This document shows positions 30,783 through 40,721 of a stretch of 56,720 nt of DNA, in pieces; position 1 is the first letter of the stretch, and each line of letters starts with the position of its first letter. The position numbers and the translations under genes are program-made. Origin of the DNA: an uncultured Rickettsiales bacterium (GTDB taxonomy: Bacteria; Pseudomonadota; Alphaproteobacteria; Rickettsiales; 21-14-0-20-44-7); contig CAZJFC010000004.1 in assembly GCA_964545245.1 (NCBI GenBank), positions 1 through 56,720 on the forward strand, in the 5' to 3' direction. Below the pieces are notes generated by a model. That model was not told where the DNA came from and made no database searches. It was given only the letters and a program-made list of their open reading frames with translations.

Positions 30783-31367
30783 TTATTGACCGCTGGTACT
30801 TATGGTATCCAAGGATATAGTATCACGAGACAAGTAAGTATCATAGTTCTGAGCAGCCTTTTGACCATCATACCCACCCAGCAATAATGGATCAACAAAT
30901 TGTCTTTTGTCTGAAACCATTTGAACCTGATTTGCAGCTACCGAACAGCCGAAAGTCACATGATTAAGATTATAAGGGTTATTATGGTTGGTGATGTATC
31001 TTGACTCACAGTCACGTGCGACCACATTTTGGAATGATAGGGCAACGCGATTACCAATACCACTAGTCGTGTTATATGGTATATTGTTTCTAGTCAGGAT
31101 TTCAACAGCCTTTGCACAGAATAACCGGTTGGAACAAGTTAACTCGGCAGATGTTGGTTGCTTGGAACCTGCAATTGACTCAAGTTGAATAATACCATTC
31201 CTCTGTGCCAAATCGATAGTGATTTCTTCATTAGAAACCTCAAGCAATGATTCAGGTTGCCCCCGTTCTACATAAGCCTTGCCAGGAATTTGGCTACATG
31301 CGACTAAAGCAGATAACAACGCTAAATTTAAAATTTTTATAGTCTTACTTTTCATACAAATCCTCAC
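30783..31367 (-). CDS. cpaD: Pilus biogenesis lipoprotein CpaD
   Basis: Lipobox LSALVACS and a C-terminal FGCSVAANQVQMVSDKRQFVDPLLLGGYDGQKAAQNYDTY segment resembling the CpaD signature. It sits directly after the secretin gene. Confidence 0.7.
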   Translation of the reverse strand: MRICMKSKTIKILNLALLSALVACSQIPGKAYVERGQPESLLEVSNEEITIDLAQRNGIIQLESIAGSKQPTSAELTCSNRLFCAKAVEILTRNNIPYNTTSGIGNRVALSFQNVVARDCESRYITNHNNPYNLNHVTFGCSVAANQVQMVSDKRQFVDPLLLGGYDGQKAAQNYDTYLSRDTISLDTISTSGQ

Positions 31368-32797
31368 TAATCCATCATGAAGCCTATTGGCCCCTCAAGT
31401 ACAGGAGTTTGAGAAATCCTATCAGCATTACCGCTCATAGATCCCAAAGCACCATAAAACATCATTTCCATAACAGATGGCGTCCTATATTCATCAGAAG
31501 GCATTCTTATGTTGTTAGACACAACAGGATCCACAATATAAGGAGTCACCGCAATAACTAACTCACTTTCTTCCCTTTGATAATCAGTACTTCTAAAAAG
31601 TGCGCTGATAATAGGGATTTCAGCTATGCCCGGCATCTCATTGATAGCCGTATTCACCCTATCACGAATTAAGCCAGCAATCATAAGTGACTCACCTGGA
31701 GCCAACTCAACTGTCGTCTTAGATTTACGCGTTGTCAAAGCCGGTATATTACCAACAGCATTACTTTTATCAATTTCAGAAAGTTCTGGGGCAACCACTA
31801 AACGTACACGATTTCCAGATAAGACATATGGTACAAAGGACAACGAAACACCATATTGCTTAAATGTTGTCTGAGCAGTATCCGATGTCACCTGAGGTAT
31901 AGGAAATTCGCCACCAGCTAGGAAACTGGCAGCCTCACCAGAGACAGTAGTAAGGTTTGGCTCTGCGAGCACCTTGAACAGCCCATCTCCCTCAAGAGCA
32001 TCAAACCAGCCAGCCACTTCAAAATTGCCACGTCTGAACCCCGACGCACCACTTCCAAACGTACCGGCAGCCTGCGACCCGAAATGCCCAATACCAGGAG
32101 CGACACCTTCATCATCACGGATAAAGCCATACTGCCCGCTACCAGTAGCAAACTGAAATATTGAGCTACCTGTCTTTAATGCTGCTTGTAGATTTATGCC
32201 AAGCTGCTTTACTGCAGATCTTTTCATCTCACCAATCTTGACCCGTAACATTACTTGCTGACTACTATTCAGCTTCATTAAATTCACAATACCAGGAAAT
32301 CGGTCATCTTTCTCTGTAAATTTGCCTTCAGTTCCACTACCGACATCATCTTTCCTGGATTCCTTTACAAATTCATAAGAAATTTGCATAATTCTGTTGG
32401 CAGTCTGAGCGTCCGGAACAATTCCGGCAATAGCCAAACTATTATTGATGGTTTCTACAGAAATATCTACATCAGGATAAAATTTCTTTAAAGTCCTTCT
32501 TATGGCTGGCAGATCATAACCGACAATGATATCTAACTCATGTATGAGATTCGATTTAGCATCAAAAAATCTCATATTTGTCGAGCCAATTTTCTTGCCT
32601 ATAACTGAAATCTTCTGCGAGCCATGCACGACAACATCGGCAACTTCTGGATTAGCAATCATAACTTCATTCATGGGCGTAGACAAGGACACCAACTCAG
32701 CCCTGTTTAGACCAATATCAAGAACCCTACCTGCATGGGCTGCAGGCATAAGAGCTAAGGATAAAAATAATACTGCAGCAAAAACTTGCTTTCTCAT
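31367..32797 (-). CDS. cpaC: Tad pilus secretin CpaC/RcpA
   Basis: 476 aa with a signal peptide, an N-terminal pilus-formation domain and a C-terminal secretin-like region (LAEPNLTTVSGEAASFLAGGEFP...). Confidence 0.88.
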   Translation of the reverse strand: MRKQVFAAVLFLSLALMPAAHAGRVLDIGLNRAELVSLSTPMNEVMIANPEVADVVVHGSQKISVIGKKIGSTNMRFFDAKSNLIHELDIIVGYDLPAIRRTLKKFYPDVDISVETINNSLAIAGIVPDAQTANRIMQISYEFVKESRKDDVGSGTEGKFTEKDDRFPGIVNLMKLNSSQQVMLRVKIGEMKRSAVKQLGINLQAALKTGSSIFQFATGSGQYGFIRDDEGVAPGIGHFGSQAAGTFGSGASGFRRGNFEVAGWFDALEGDGLFKVLAEPNLTTVSGEAASFLAGGEFPIPQVTSDTAQTTFKQYGVSLSFVPYVLSGNRVRLVVAPELSEIDKSNAVGNIPALTTRKSKTTVELAPGESLMIAGLIRDRVNTAINEMPGIAEIPIISALFRSTDYQREESELVIAVTPYIVDPVVSNNIRMPSDEYRTPSVMEMMFYGALGSMSGNADRISQTPVLEGPIGFMMD

Positions 32798-33798
32798 GGT
32801 TTTATAACCTCCACTTTCTGTAAAGCTGTACCACGATATACGTTTATATTCATATAAGGGCTAGCCTTCTCTTTATCACCAACATTAATATTATCAGTAC
32901 CTGCGATGGAGCTACCATACAAGTCAACAACACTAAAATCATAAGCTGCATCACTATCAAACAGCGCTGGAAAATAAGCAGGGGGTAGAATTCTACTCAA
33001 ATCCTGTTCCGCAGTTGGCCTTACGCGATCAAAATTGTCCTTGTCTTTCACAGAACGCAGAACCAGAGACAATTTACCCATTTTTTCAGCCAGACGGAGT
33101 TTTTGCGCTCCCTTTTGATTTACTTCCAATGTTACACTGGCCGGAATAACAGGCTGATTATTACTTCCTGCTTGCTGACCAGCTATAACCCTTTGGTCTA
33201 CTGCAAGAATCTTAATATTAGGCATAATAACTTCAGTAAAAGATACGTTACCCCCAGTGTCATTTCTTCCACCTTTAGTAGAAGAAACATCGCTTCCTTC
33301 GATAGCATTTTTTGACAAATCAAATGTGAACATCACATCAACTTTATCGCCTGGCTGGACAAAGCCCGCAACAGAGTCAACAAGATTAACTGAAATTGTA
33401 AGAGCCCTCATACCCTCAGCAAGCTGACCAGCTATATAACCCGGATCATTTGGGTTACGCAGCTTTGCAGCAAGAAGGGGCTCATCTTTGACCAAAGGGG
33501 TGCTTGTAATCATGCCATCTATCACCTGACCTTGTTCACCATAAATCATAGCACCGGGAGGAAGAAGATGTTGTGGCCAAGGCTTTATATCATAATCCGC
33601 TTGGGTAATAGTTGAGCCAATTGGAAGATCACGTTGCGCAACATAAATATTTACTTTCTGGATTGCTGGCTCTGATTGCACCGGTGGCTGATCAAGTACC
33701 CTTGGTTGCGTGACTTCTTGCTCACTAAAAATACCGCTTACTGCAAAAGCTACAAGAAGTGCTACTACTAACGCTACAACTATTATTACAAGCCTCAT
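32794..33798 (-). CDS. cpaB: Flp pilus assembly protein CpaB/RcpC
   Basis: N-terminal TM anchor and a SAF-like region (VNIYVAQRDLPIGSTITQADY). It is the first gene of the operon. Confidence 0.8.
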   Translation of the reverse strand: MRLVIIVVALVVALLVAFAVSGIFSEQEVTQPRVLDQPPVQSEPAIQKVNIYVAQRDLPIGSTITQADYDIKPWPQHLLPPGAMIYGEQGQVIDGMITSTPLVKDEPLLAAKLRNPNDPGYIAGQLAEGMRALTISVNLVDSVAGFVQPGDKVDVMFTFDLSKNAIEGSDVSSTKGGRNDTGGNVSFTEVIMPNIKILAVDQRVIAGQQAGSNNQPVIPASVTLEVNQKGAQKLRLAEKMGKLSLVLRSVKDKDNFDRVRPTAEQDLSRILPPAYFPALFDSDAAYDFSVVDLYGSSIAGTDNINVGDKEKASPYMNINVYRGTALQKVEVIKP

Positions 33799-33969
33799 AA
33801 TGACACCGTGATTGATTAAGGACTTTTCCCCCGTGAAGAAGGCCGTCTTCTCGTTTGCTATGCTATAATTTTTCTTAAGTCAAATGAAATGTATGTTACA
33901 CAATCCATATGAATGATTATTGCATTAGCTATGCGATTAATATAAAAGCACGGGCAAAAGAAAAGGTAT

Positions 33970-35517
33970 ATGGACAATAGAATATTAATTATAGATTTTG
34001 GATCGCAGGTTACGCAGCTTATTGCCAGAAGAGTAAGAGAGGCTGGGGTTTACGCTGAAATTCACCCTTATTTTATTACATTGGATAAGATAAAGGATTT
34101 TGCGCCGAAAGCGATTATTCTTTCAGGTGGGCCTGCTTCGGTCACTGTTGCTGAGTCACCACTAATCCAGAAAGAGGTATTTGACCTTGGTTTACCAATT
34201 CTGGGGATCTGTTATGGTGAGCAACTTACCTGCCAGTTATTGGGGGGAAGAGTTGAAAGCGGTCATCACAGGGAGTTTGGACGCGCGTTCATTGAAATCA
34301 CTGAAAGCAGCCCCCTTTTTGATGGAGTTTGGGAAAAGCAGGGCTCATATGAAGTCTGGATGAGCCATGGAGACCGTGTTACAGCTTTGCCTGAAGGCTT
34401 TAAGATAATTGCAAAAAGCCCTGGAGCCCCTTTTGCGGCAATCGCCAATGAAGACAAGAAAATCTATGGCGTACAATTTCATCCTGAAGTGACACACACT
34501 CCTGATGGCACAAAGATCATTGCCAATTTTGTTCATAATATTGCTGGCCTGAAAAACACTTGGAGTATGGGCGCTTTTCACGATAACGCAGTTAAAAGTA
34601 TTCGCGAAAAAGTTGGTAAATCAAAGGTTCTGTGTGGTGTAAGTGGTGGCGTGGATTCCTCAGTTGTAGCCCGTCTTCTTCATGATGCAATAGGTGACCA
34701 ACTCCTTTGTGTATTCGTTGATACCGGCCTGCTCCGCCTTAATGAAGGACAGCAGGTGCGTGAAATGCTTGACAGGAATTATAAAATCCCTCTGGTGTAT
34801 GTTGACGCCTCAGAAAGATTCCTTGGATTACTGGATGGCGTTAGCGACCCGGAAACAAAACGCAAAATCATAGGCAAAACCTTTATCGACGTATTTGAGG
34901 AAGAGGCCAATAAATATGGGCCATTCGATTACCTTGCTCAGGGAACGCTATACCCTGATGTTATCGAATCTATCAGCTTCAGTGGCGCCCAAACTTCCAC
35001 AATTAAATCGCACCACAATGTCGGCGGACTTCCTGAACGCATGAAACTTAAGCTGATTGAACCAGTACGCGAATTATTCAAAGATGAAGTGCGCGCCCTT
35101 GGCCTTCAGATGGGCATGAGCGATGAATTAATCAAACGCCATCCCTTCCCGGGCCCCGGCCTCGCGATTAGAATTCCTGGCGCTCTCAGCAAAGAAAAAA
35201 TCAAAATCGCTCAATTGGCTGACGCAATATATATAGAAGAAATCCATAAAGCTGGCTTATATGATCAGATTTGGCAGGCTTATGCTGCAGTTCTTCCGGT
35301 TCAGAGTGTAGGTGTAATGGGTGATAGCAGAACATACGAATATATGTGCTCTCTTCGTGCAGTTACTTCAACTGATGGTATGACCGCAGATTTCTTTGCC
35401 TTTGATCATGACTTCCTGTCGCGGGTTTCCAATCGTATCATTAATGAAGTGCGTGGAATAAACAGAGTTGTATATGACATCAGCTCAAAGCCACCCGCCA
35501 CAATTGAGCTTGAGTAA
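33970..35517 (+). CDS. guaA: GMP synthase (glutamine-hydrolysing)
   Basis: 515 aa with a GATase domain ([10 protein letters not shown] ... GVQFHPE), ATP-PPase SGGVDSSV and a C-terminal ...KPPATIELE. Confidence 0.96.
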   Translation: MDNRILIIDFGSQVTQLIARRVREAGVYAEIHPYFITLDKIKDFAPKAIILSGGPASVTVAESPLIQKEVFDLGLPILGICYGEQLTCQLLGGRVESGHHREFGRAFIEITESSPLFDGVWEKQGSYEVWMSHGDRVTALPEGFKIIAKSPGAPFAAIANEDKKIYGVQFHPEVTHTPDGTKIIANFVHNIAGLKNTWSMGAFHDNAVKSIREKVGKSKVLCGVSGGVDSSVVARLLHDAIGDQLLCVFVDTGLLRLNEGQQVREMLDRNYKIPLVYVDASERFLGLLDGVSDPETKRKIIGKTFIDVFEEEANKYGPFDYLAQGTLYPDVIESISFSGAQTSTIKSHHNVGGLPERMKLKLIEPVRELFKDEVRALGLQMGMSDELIKRHPFPGPGLAIRIPGALSKEKIKIAQLADAIYIEEIHKAGLYDQIWQAYAAVLPVQSVGVMGDSRTYEYMCSLRAVTSTDGMTADFFAFDHDFLSRVSNRIINEVRGINRVVYDISSKPPATIELE

Positions 35518-35522
35518 GCATT

Positions 35523-36278
35523 ATGCGAAAAGCCTTTCCTCATATTTTTGTAGGGTTTTCCTTCCTGATTCTGGTTGCCTTGGGTACATGGCAGGTATAT
35601 CGCCTGCAATGGAAAAAAGAAACGATGCAAAAAGTTGAATCCCGCCTTGCTCAAGAACCAATTACGTCTGGGATATTCACAAGCGTTGAGAATGATGAAT
35701 TCAAAACCATGAAAGTTAACGGCATTTTTCTCAACGAAAAAGAAATGGTATTACTCAACAAGAATTTCAATGGCAAACAGGGCTATCACATAATAACACC
35801 GCTCAAAACTCCGCAAGACGAAGTTATTCTTGTTAACCGCGGCTGGACACCCAGTGATAAAGAACCGGCACGCCCTGACACAGAACAGACTGTTACAGGG
35901 ATTATTCGCGGTAGCCAGAAATTGAATTTTATTGGACGTAATATTGTTATCCCGAATACTCCTGAGAAAAATCAATGGTTTACGGTAGATTTGAAAGCAA
36001 TGTATAAGCAAGTAGGTGCGCCAGAGAAACCATATTATCTTGAGGCGATTGATCCTGAAGTTGCGATCAGAAAAGTTCCTAAGTCACGCCAATCAATCTC
36101 AGGAGAAGTAAAACCATCAAGAGAAACCATGCGCCAGACCTACCCATACGGGCTACCTAAGGAAATAAAGATTTACAATGAGCACATACAATATGTGATT
36201 ACATGGTATTCGCTGGCAGCAGCATTGCTTATTATTTATTATTTTAGATTTTTCAAAAAACCTACTAACAAAGAATAA
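35523..36278 (+). CDS. SURF1-family cytochrome oxidase assembly protein
   Basis: N-terminal TM helix followed by GTWQVYRLQWKKE, plus a C-terminal TM helix and 251 aa. Confidence 0.8.
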   Translation: MRKAFPHIFVGFSFLILVALGTWQVYRLQWKKETMQKVESRLAQEPITSGIFTSVENDEFKTMKVNGIFLNEKEMVLLNKNFNGKQGYHIITPLKTPQDEVILVNRGWTPSDKEPARPDTEQTVTGIIRGSQKLNFIGRNIVIPNTPEKNQWFTVDLKAMYKQVGAPEKPYYLEAIDPEVAIRKVPKSRQSISGEVKPSRETMRQTYPYGLPKEIKIYNEHIQYVITWYSLAAALLIIYYFRFFKKPTNKE

Positions 36279-36319
36279 TATATCTTTACTTACTTAGCAT
36301 AATACTCTAGTAGGGTATT

Positions 36320-36745
36320 ATGCTAAGTAACCGAACCAAATATGCTGTGAAGGCTCTTCTTGCCATATACCGCGATAGATCCGGTAAACCAGTACACATA
36401 TACGATATCGCGAAAAATGAAAACATCCCGCAAAAATTTCTGGAGCTCATTATGCTGGATCTCAAAAAAACTGGCGTAATTGATTCCAAGCGTGGCAAAG
36501 GCGGTGGTTATTATCTTACTACAGAACCACAGAGCATTCGCATAGGAGATATTATCCGTGCTTTTGAAGGTCCGCTTGCCCTACTTCCCTGTGCGAGTCT
36601 TACAAATTATAAGCGCTGTAAAGATTGCCATGATGAAAATACCTGCTCATTACGTCACCTAATGCAGGAAGTACGAGAAAAAACCTCTCAAATTCTGGAT
36701 CAAACGAACCTGGCTTCCCTCAGTAGCAAAGGATTGCAGTTTTAA
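36320..36745 (+). CDS. Rrf2-family transcriptional regulator
   Basis: MLSNRTKYAVKALLAIYRD..., wHTH ...SKRGKGGGYYL and a Cys cluster C..(8)..C..C.....C. Confidence 0.85.
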   Translation: MLSNRTKYAVKALLAIYRDRSGKPVHIYDIAKNENIPQKFLELIMLDLKKTGVIDSKRGKGGGYYLTTEPQSIRIGDIIRAFEGPLALLPCASLTNYKRCKDCHDENTCSLRHLMQEVREKTSQILDQTNLASLSSKGLQF

Positions 36746-36775
36746 CTACTTGTTCCCAGCTGACACATACTAAAT

Positions 36776-37570
36776 TCAAACCGTAACTACAATTTTGCCA
36801 GCATTTTTATATTGTTCAATATAATCAAGCGCGGCTTCTTTTTCTTCAAGCGGAAAAGTTTTTGCAATTATTGGTTTAATCTTTCCAAAATATGGAGCTA
36901 TCGCGTCCCTTATTTCGCGTTTCTTGCTAAGTGACAGGCCACGTATAGTTGAACCGAAAACAGACAGATCCTTTATCAGTAGCGGCGCAAGATTAAACTC
37001 CCCCCTTGCTCCACCAATAAACGAGATTATTGTCAGCCTGCCACCTTTTTTCAGTGCTGTAATATTCGCATTAAAATAATCCGCGCCTACAATATCCAGA
37101 ATCACATCATATTTATCTTTGCCGAAATCTTTTTTCCTATAATCAATCGGATCAGCACCAAGAGATTTTATCAGGTCCAGTTTTTCCGGTTTGCCAGAAG
37201 TTGCGTAAACCTCCGCGCCAAGCAGCTTTGCCAATTGAATAGCCACGACACCAACACCGCTACCGCCACCATGAATAAGCACCTTCTCGCCTGCTTGCAA
37301 CTTACCCAATATTACAAGATTATAATAAGCGGTGAATAATGACTCGATAATTGCCACCGCTTCAACAAACTCCATTACTTGTGGAATTTCCAATGCATAC
37401 TCCTCCTGAACTTCAACCTGTTCTGCAAATGCACCGCCATCCATAATCGCAGCAAATTTCCGTCCGTCTTCCGCGACTCCCGCAACTTCCAGTCCTTGCA
37501 CCGGATATTTTCCCTGACGGAAAAACACATCCGCGCGGTTAACTCCGATTGCCTTAACTTCAAGTTTCAT
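36776..37570 (-). CDS. Quinone oxidoreductase-like MDR-family protein, unusually short (possibly 5'-truncated or decaying)
   Basis: It has a Rossmann motif (LIHGGGSGVGVVAIQLAK) and starts within the usual beta-strand ...KAIGVNRAD. About 25-30 N-terminal residues and part of the catalytic-domain loop seem to be missing compared with typical 325-aa Qor proteins. Confidence 0.6.
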   Translation of the reverse strand: MKLEVKAIGVNRADVFFRQGKYPVQGLEVAGVAEDGRKFAAIMDGGAFAEQVEVQEEYALEIPQVMEFVEAVAIIESLFTAYYNLVILGKLQAGEKVLIHGGGSGVGVVAIQLAKLLGAEVYATSGKPEKLDLIKSLGADPIDYRKKDFGKDKYDVILDIVGADYFNANITALKKGGRLTIISFIGGARGEFNLAPLLIKDLSVFGSTIRGLSLSKKREIRDAIAPYFGKIKPIIAKTFPLEEKEAALDYIEQYKNAGKIVVTV

Positions 37571-37583
37571 CTACAAGGCCCTT

Positions 37584-38381
37584 ATGTTGAAAATTCTTGC
37601 TATCATAGCCGCAATTACTGTTGGAGGCAATTCCGCCAGTGAAAACTATATTCAGATGTCCGGCCACCTAAAGCAAGGCGGGCTTGTTGCATTCCGTGCT
37701 ACTCCAAAATCCACAGTGAAAGTAGACGGGATAAAACTGCGTGAATTTAATGGCAAATATTTTGTTGGTTTTGGACGTGATGCACAACCAGAAAGCATTG
37801 TTGAAATCACCTATCCTGACGGGAACATTGAGAAGTATAACTTGCAGATTGAACCGCAGAAATATGATATCCAATACATAAACAAGGTTGATGACGCTAA
37901 AGCCAACCCTAACCCAAAGAATACAAAAATAATTGAAAAAGAAGCCTTCGCCATTGGCAAAACACGTGTTCTGGCAAAACATCCCTGCCCTGACGTTTTG
38001 CAGTTCATACGACCGGCAGATGGCATAGTCAGCGGCGTATTCGGCAGCCAAAGAGTTTACAACGGAGTTCCCGGCAGGCCTCACTCCGGTGTGGACTTTG
38101 CGCAGCCGGAAGGCGCTCCGGCCTACGCTCCGGAAGCAGGTAAAATCATTTACGTTGAAGATATGTTCCTCACTGGCAAGACAATGGTAATTGACCATGG
38201 TTGCGGCATCACCAGCACTTTCATGCATTTAAGCAAAGCCAACGTTAAGACGGGCGATGTCGTTGAACGCGGACAAATTATTGCGCGCATTGGCAGCACA
38301 GGGCTTGCCACTGGCCCGCATCTACACTGGAGCCTTAACCTTCGTCAGGTGCGGCTTGACCCGTTACTGGTGCTGGAGTAA
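37584..38381 (+). CDS. M23-family peptidoglycan metalloendopeptidase
   Basis: Signal peptide plus the HSGVDFA ... GSTGLATGPHLHW motifs. Confidence 0.88.
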   Translation: MLKILAIIAAITVGGNSASENYIQMSGHLKQGGLVAFRATPKSTVKVDGIKLREFNGKYFVGFGRDAQPESIVEITYPDGNIEKYNLQIEPQKYDIQYINKVDDAKANPNPKNTKIIEKEAFAIGKTRVLAKHPCPDVLQFIRPADGIVSGVFGSQRVYNGVPGRPHSGVDFAQPEGAPAYAPEAGKIIYVEDMFLTGKTMVIDHGCGITSTFMHLSKANVKTGDVVERGQIIARIGSTGLATGPHLHWSLNLRQVRLDPLLVLE

Positions 38382-38410
38382 AGAATATTCAAATTTAACA
38401 GGATATATTT

Positions 38411-39061
38411 ATGAAATTTTTTATCGACACTGCTGATGTAGCCGAAATCAGAAAACTTAACGATTATGGCATGGTGAATGGCGTGACCACTAACCCTTCC
38501 CTGATTGCAAAATCAGGCCGTAACTTCATTGATGTGATCAAGGAAATCTCTGAATTCGTGACCGGCCCGATAAGTGCAGAAGTTGTCGCAACCGAAGCAA
38601 GCCAGATGATTGAAGAAGGGAAGAAACTTTCCAAAATTGCAAAAAATATCTGTATTAAATTACCACTCACGCCAGATGGTTTGAAAGCATGCCGCCACTT
38701 CCGCAATGAAGGCATCCAAACCAACGTTACACTCTGCTTTTCACCTAATCAGGCACTGCTTGCTGCAAAAGCCGGTGCGAGCTTCATCTCCCCATTTGTA
38801 GGCAGACTTGATGATATAGGTCAGGAAGGAATGCTGCTGATTGAAGAAATTCGCCAGGTTTATGACAATTACGGTTTCGACACTGAAATCCTCGTTGCAT
38901 CTGCGCGCCATGCAGAACACGTGCGCCAGGCAGCACTTATCGGCGCGGATGTAATTACTCTCCCTCCTGCGGTAGTGTGGCAACTTTATAAGCATGTTCT
39001 CACTGAGAAAGGGCTTGAGGCATTCCTTGCTGATTGGGCAAAGACCGGCCAAAAGATTTAG
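38411..39061 (+). CDS. tal: Transaldolase / fructose-6-phosphate aldolase (short type 3B)
   Basis: [37 protein letters not shown]..., with the Schiff-base Lys context IKLP and 216 aa. Confidence 0.9.
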   Translation: MKFFIDTADVAEIRKLNDYGMVNGVTTNPSLIAKSGRNFIDVIKEISEFVTGPISAEVVATEASQMIEEGKKLSKIAKNICIKLPLTPDGLKACRHFRNEGIQTNVTLCFSPNQALLAAKAGASFISPFVGRLDDIGQEGMLLIEEIRQVYDNYGFDTEILVASARHAEHVRQAALIGADVITLPPAVVWQLYKHVLTEKGLEAFLADWAKTGQKI

Positions 39062-39084
39062 TTGAACACTCACAATTAGAATGA

Positions 39085-40008
39085 TTGAATGGTGGGATGG
39101 AACAACAAGCCACTTCTGCCCCTGCACTAAATAGCTATATAGCTGAGTGGCAATCCTGGCTTGCGAAGCAGCGTAATTACTCACCTAAAACGCTTGAATC
39201 CTATTCAATTGACCTGCGCTATTTTCTTTCGTTCATATTTTCCTATCGAGAACAGGATATTGACCTCAAACTACTTGAATCCCTTGAGGTGCGTGACTTC
39301 CGCGCATGGCTTGCAAAGCGCAAGAACGATAATATGGAGCAATCTTCCAATGCACGCGCTGTTTCATCCATCCGCAGTTTTTTCAATTACCTTGAACGCA
39401 ATAACATTATTACTAACCCGGCAATTCGCGCGGTAAAAGTTTCTGGCCGCAGTAAAAAAATTCCAAAATCCCTTTCTTCAGACCAAATTCTATCAGCGAT
39501 CGAAAATATCGAAGTCACCGATTGGGTAGATTTACGGGATAAAGCCATATTGACCCTGCTTTACGGCGGTGGCATGCGCATTAGCGAAGTGCTTTCACTC
39601 AATAAAAATGATATTGGCAACAACCAGACAATCACTATCCGTGGCAAAGGCTCCAAGCAGCGAGTGATTCCGGTTTTGTCGCAAATGAAACAAGCGGTGA
39701 AAGAATATATGGCATCTTGTCCATTTTCTGGTGAAGCATTGTTTTATGGCGAAAAGGGAAAGCGCTTACGTCCGGAACTGGTTCAGAAAAAACTACGTGA
39801 CCTTCGGGCCATGTATAGTCTGCCAGATTATACCACTCCTCACGCATTAAGGCATAGTTTTGCAACCCACATGCTGGCTGAAGGAGCCGACCTTCGGAGC
39901 ATTCAGGAGTTATTGGGACATGAATCACTTGCCACAACGGAAAAATATACGCATATTGACTCCAGGAGATTAACTGAAGGTTATAAAAAAGCGCATCCGC
40001 GCGGATAG
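39085..40008 (+). CDS. xerC: Tyrosine recombinase XerC/XerD family
   Basis: N-terminal SAM-like domain (SPKTLESYSIDLRYFLSF) and catalytic residues in RISEVLSL ... HALRHSFATHML ... LGHESLATTEKYTHI. The XerC versus XerD assignment is tentative. Confidence 0.8.
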   Translation: MNGGMEQQATSAPALNSYIAEWQSWLAKQRNYSPKTLESYSIDLRYFLSFIFSYREQDIDLKLLESLEVRDFRAWLAKRKNDNMEQSSNARAVSSIRSFFNYLERNNIITNPAIRAVKVSGRSKKIPKSLSSDQILSAIENIEVTDWVDLRDKAILTLLYGGGMRISEVLSLNKNDIGNNQTITIRGKGSKQRVIPVLSQMKQAVKEYMASCPFSGEALFYGEKGKRLRPELVQKKLRDLRAMYSLPDYTTPHALRHSFATHMLAEGADLRSIQELLGHESLATTEKYTHIDSRRLTEGYKKAHPRG

Positions 40009-40026
40009 CATAAGGAAAAGCAAAGT

Positions 40027-40497
40027 ATGCCAAACCCGAATAAATCTTTAAAAGTTCTACTTCTGGAAGAAGCCGCTACGGGAAAAGTACGTGCCATTAG
40101 TTTTCAAAGACACGATATAGATGTTATACACCTACCCGAAGAACCATTAAGTAATTTACGTAGCCTGGTTGCAATTCACCAACCTGATTGCGTTATTATC
40201 TCACGTCAAGGACACTACGACTGTGTTACTGCTAAAGGCTTGATACGTGCCACTACAGAATGGGAATCTGAAAGACCAGTTATAATTGCCATCGCTGAAC
40301 CGGAGTTTCATGCAAAATTCAAAGAAGGTGGCGCTAATCGCTGCTTTGATGTTCTTGAGTTTTCAAAACTTAGTTGCAGGAACCCAAAAGCATGTTTACA
40401 GGGAATCATTTCTGAAGTAAGAGCGGAACAAGCAGATAAAATTTTAACAGAGCTTGGTTTCACACCAGCAAAGGAATCGAGACATGCAAGGAACTAA
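40027..40497 (+). CDS. Hypothetical protein with a degenerate receiver-like (pseudo-receiver) pattern
   Basis: LKVLLLEE ... PDCVIISRQ ... PVIIAIAEP resembles the CheY-fold strand pattern, but the acidic pocket and conserved Lys are not evident. This is a weak call. Confidence 0.35.
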   Translation: MPNPNKSLKVLLLEEAATGKVRAISFQRHDIDVIHLPEEPLSNLRSLVAIHQPDCVIISRQGHYDCVTAKGLIRATTEWESERPVIIAIAEPEFHAKFKEGGANRCFDVLEFSKLSCRNPKACLQGIISEVRAEQADKILTELGFTPAKESRHARN

Positions 40498-40708
40498 AGT
40501 GAGCTTTTTCCAGAGATTTTTTGTTATCACTCTCAGCCTTGTGATCCTTGGCGTATTACTTGCCGCCGGGTTTATTATCTTTGCGCTTAGCCTTATTCTG
40601 GTTCCGGCTTTTATGTTCTTTAACCGCAAATTACAGCGCCAGCGCTCATCCACGAAAGAAAAAACAGACAACCACGCAATTGAAGGTGAATACGAGCGTG
40701 TAAGCTAA
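40484..40708 (+). CDS. Small membrane protein (two predicted TM helices)
   Basis: MQGTKVSFFQRFFVITLSLVILGVLLAAGFIIFALSLILVPAFMFF.... The ATG at 40484 overlaps the end of the upstream ORF by 14 nt. Confidence 0.45.
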   Translation: MQGTKVSFFQRFFVITLSLVILGVLLAAGFIIFALSLILVPAFMFFNRKLQRQRSSTKEKTDNHAIEGEYERVS

Positions 40709-40721
40709 CTTAAAACACTAA

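Noticed and set aside
33799-33969. A possible flp pilin gene or regulatory RNA upstream of cpaB
   Set aside because: I read both strands and found no small ORF with a Flp-type leader or hydrophobic core, and no obvious structured element. The region is just an AT-rich divergent promoter region shared with guaA.
37668-40033. Minus-strand ORFs antisense to the M23 peptidase, tal and xerC genes (37668-38228 at 186 aa, 38741-39184 at 147 aa, 39635-40033 at 132 aa)
   Set aside because: Each lies fully inside a confidently assigned plus-strand gene and gives a featureless translation.
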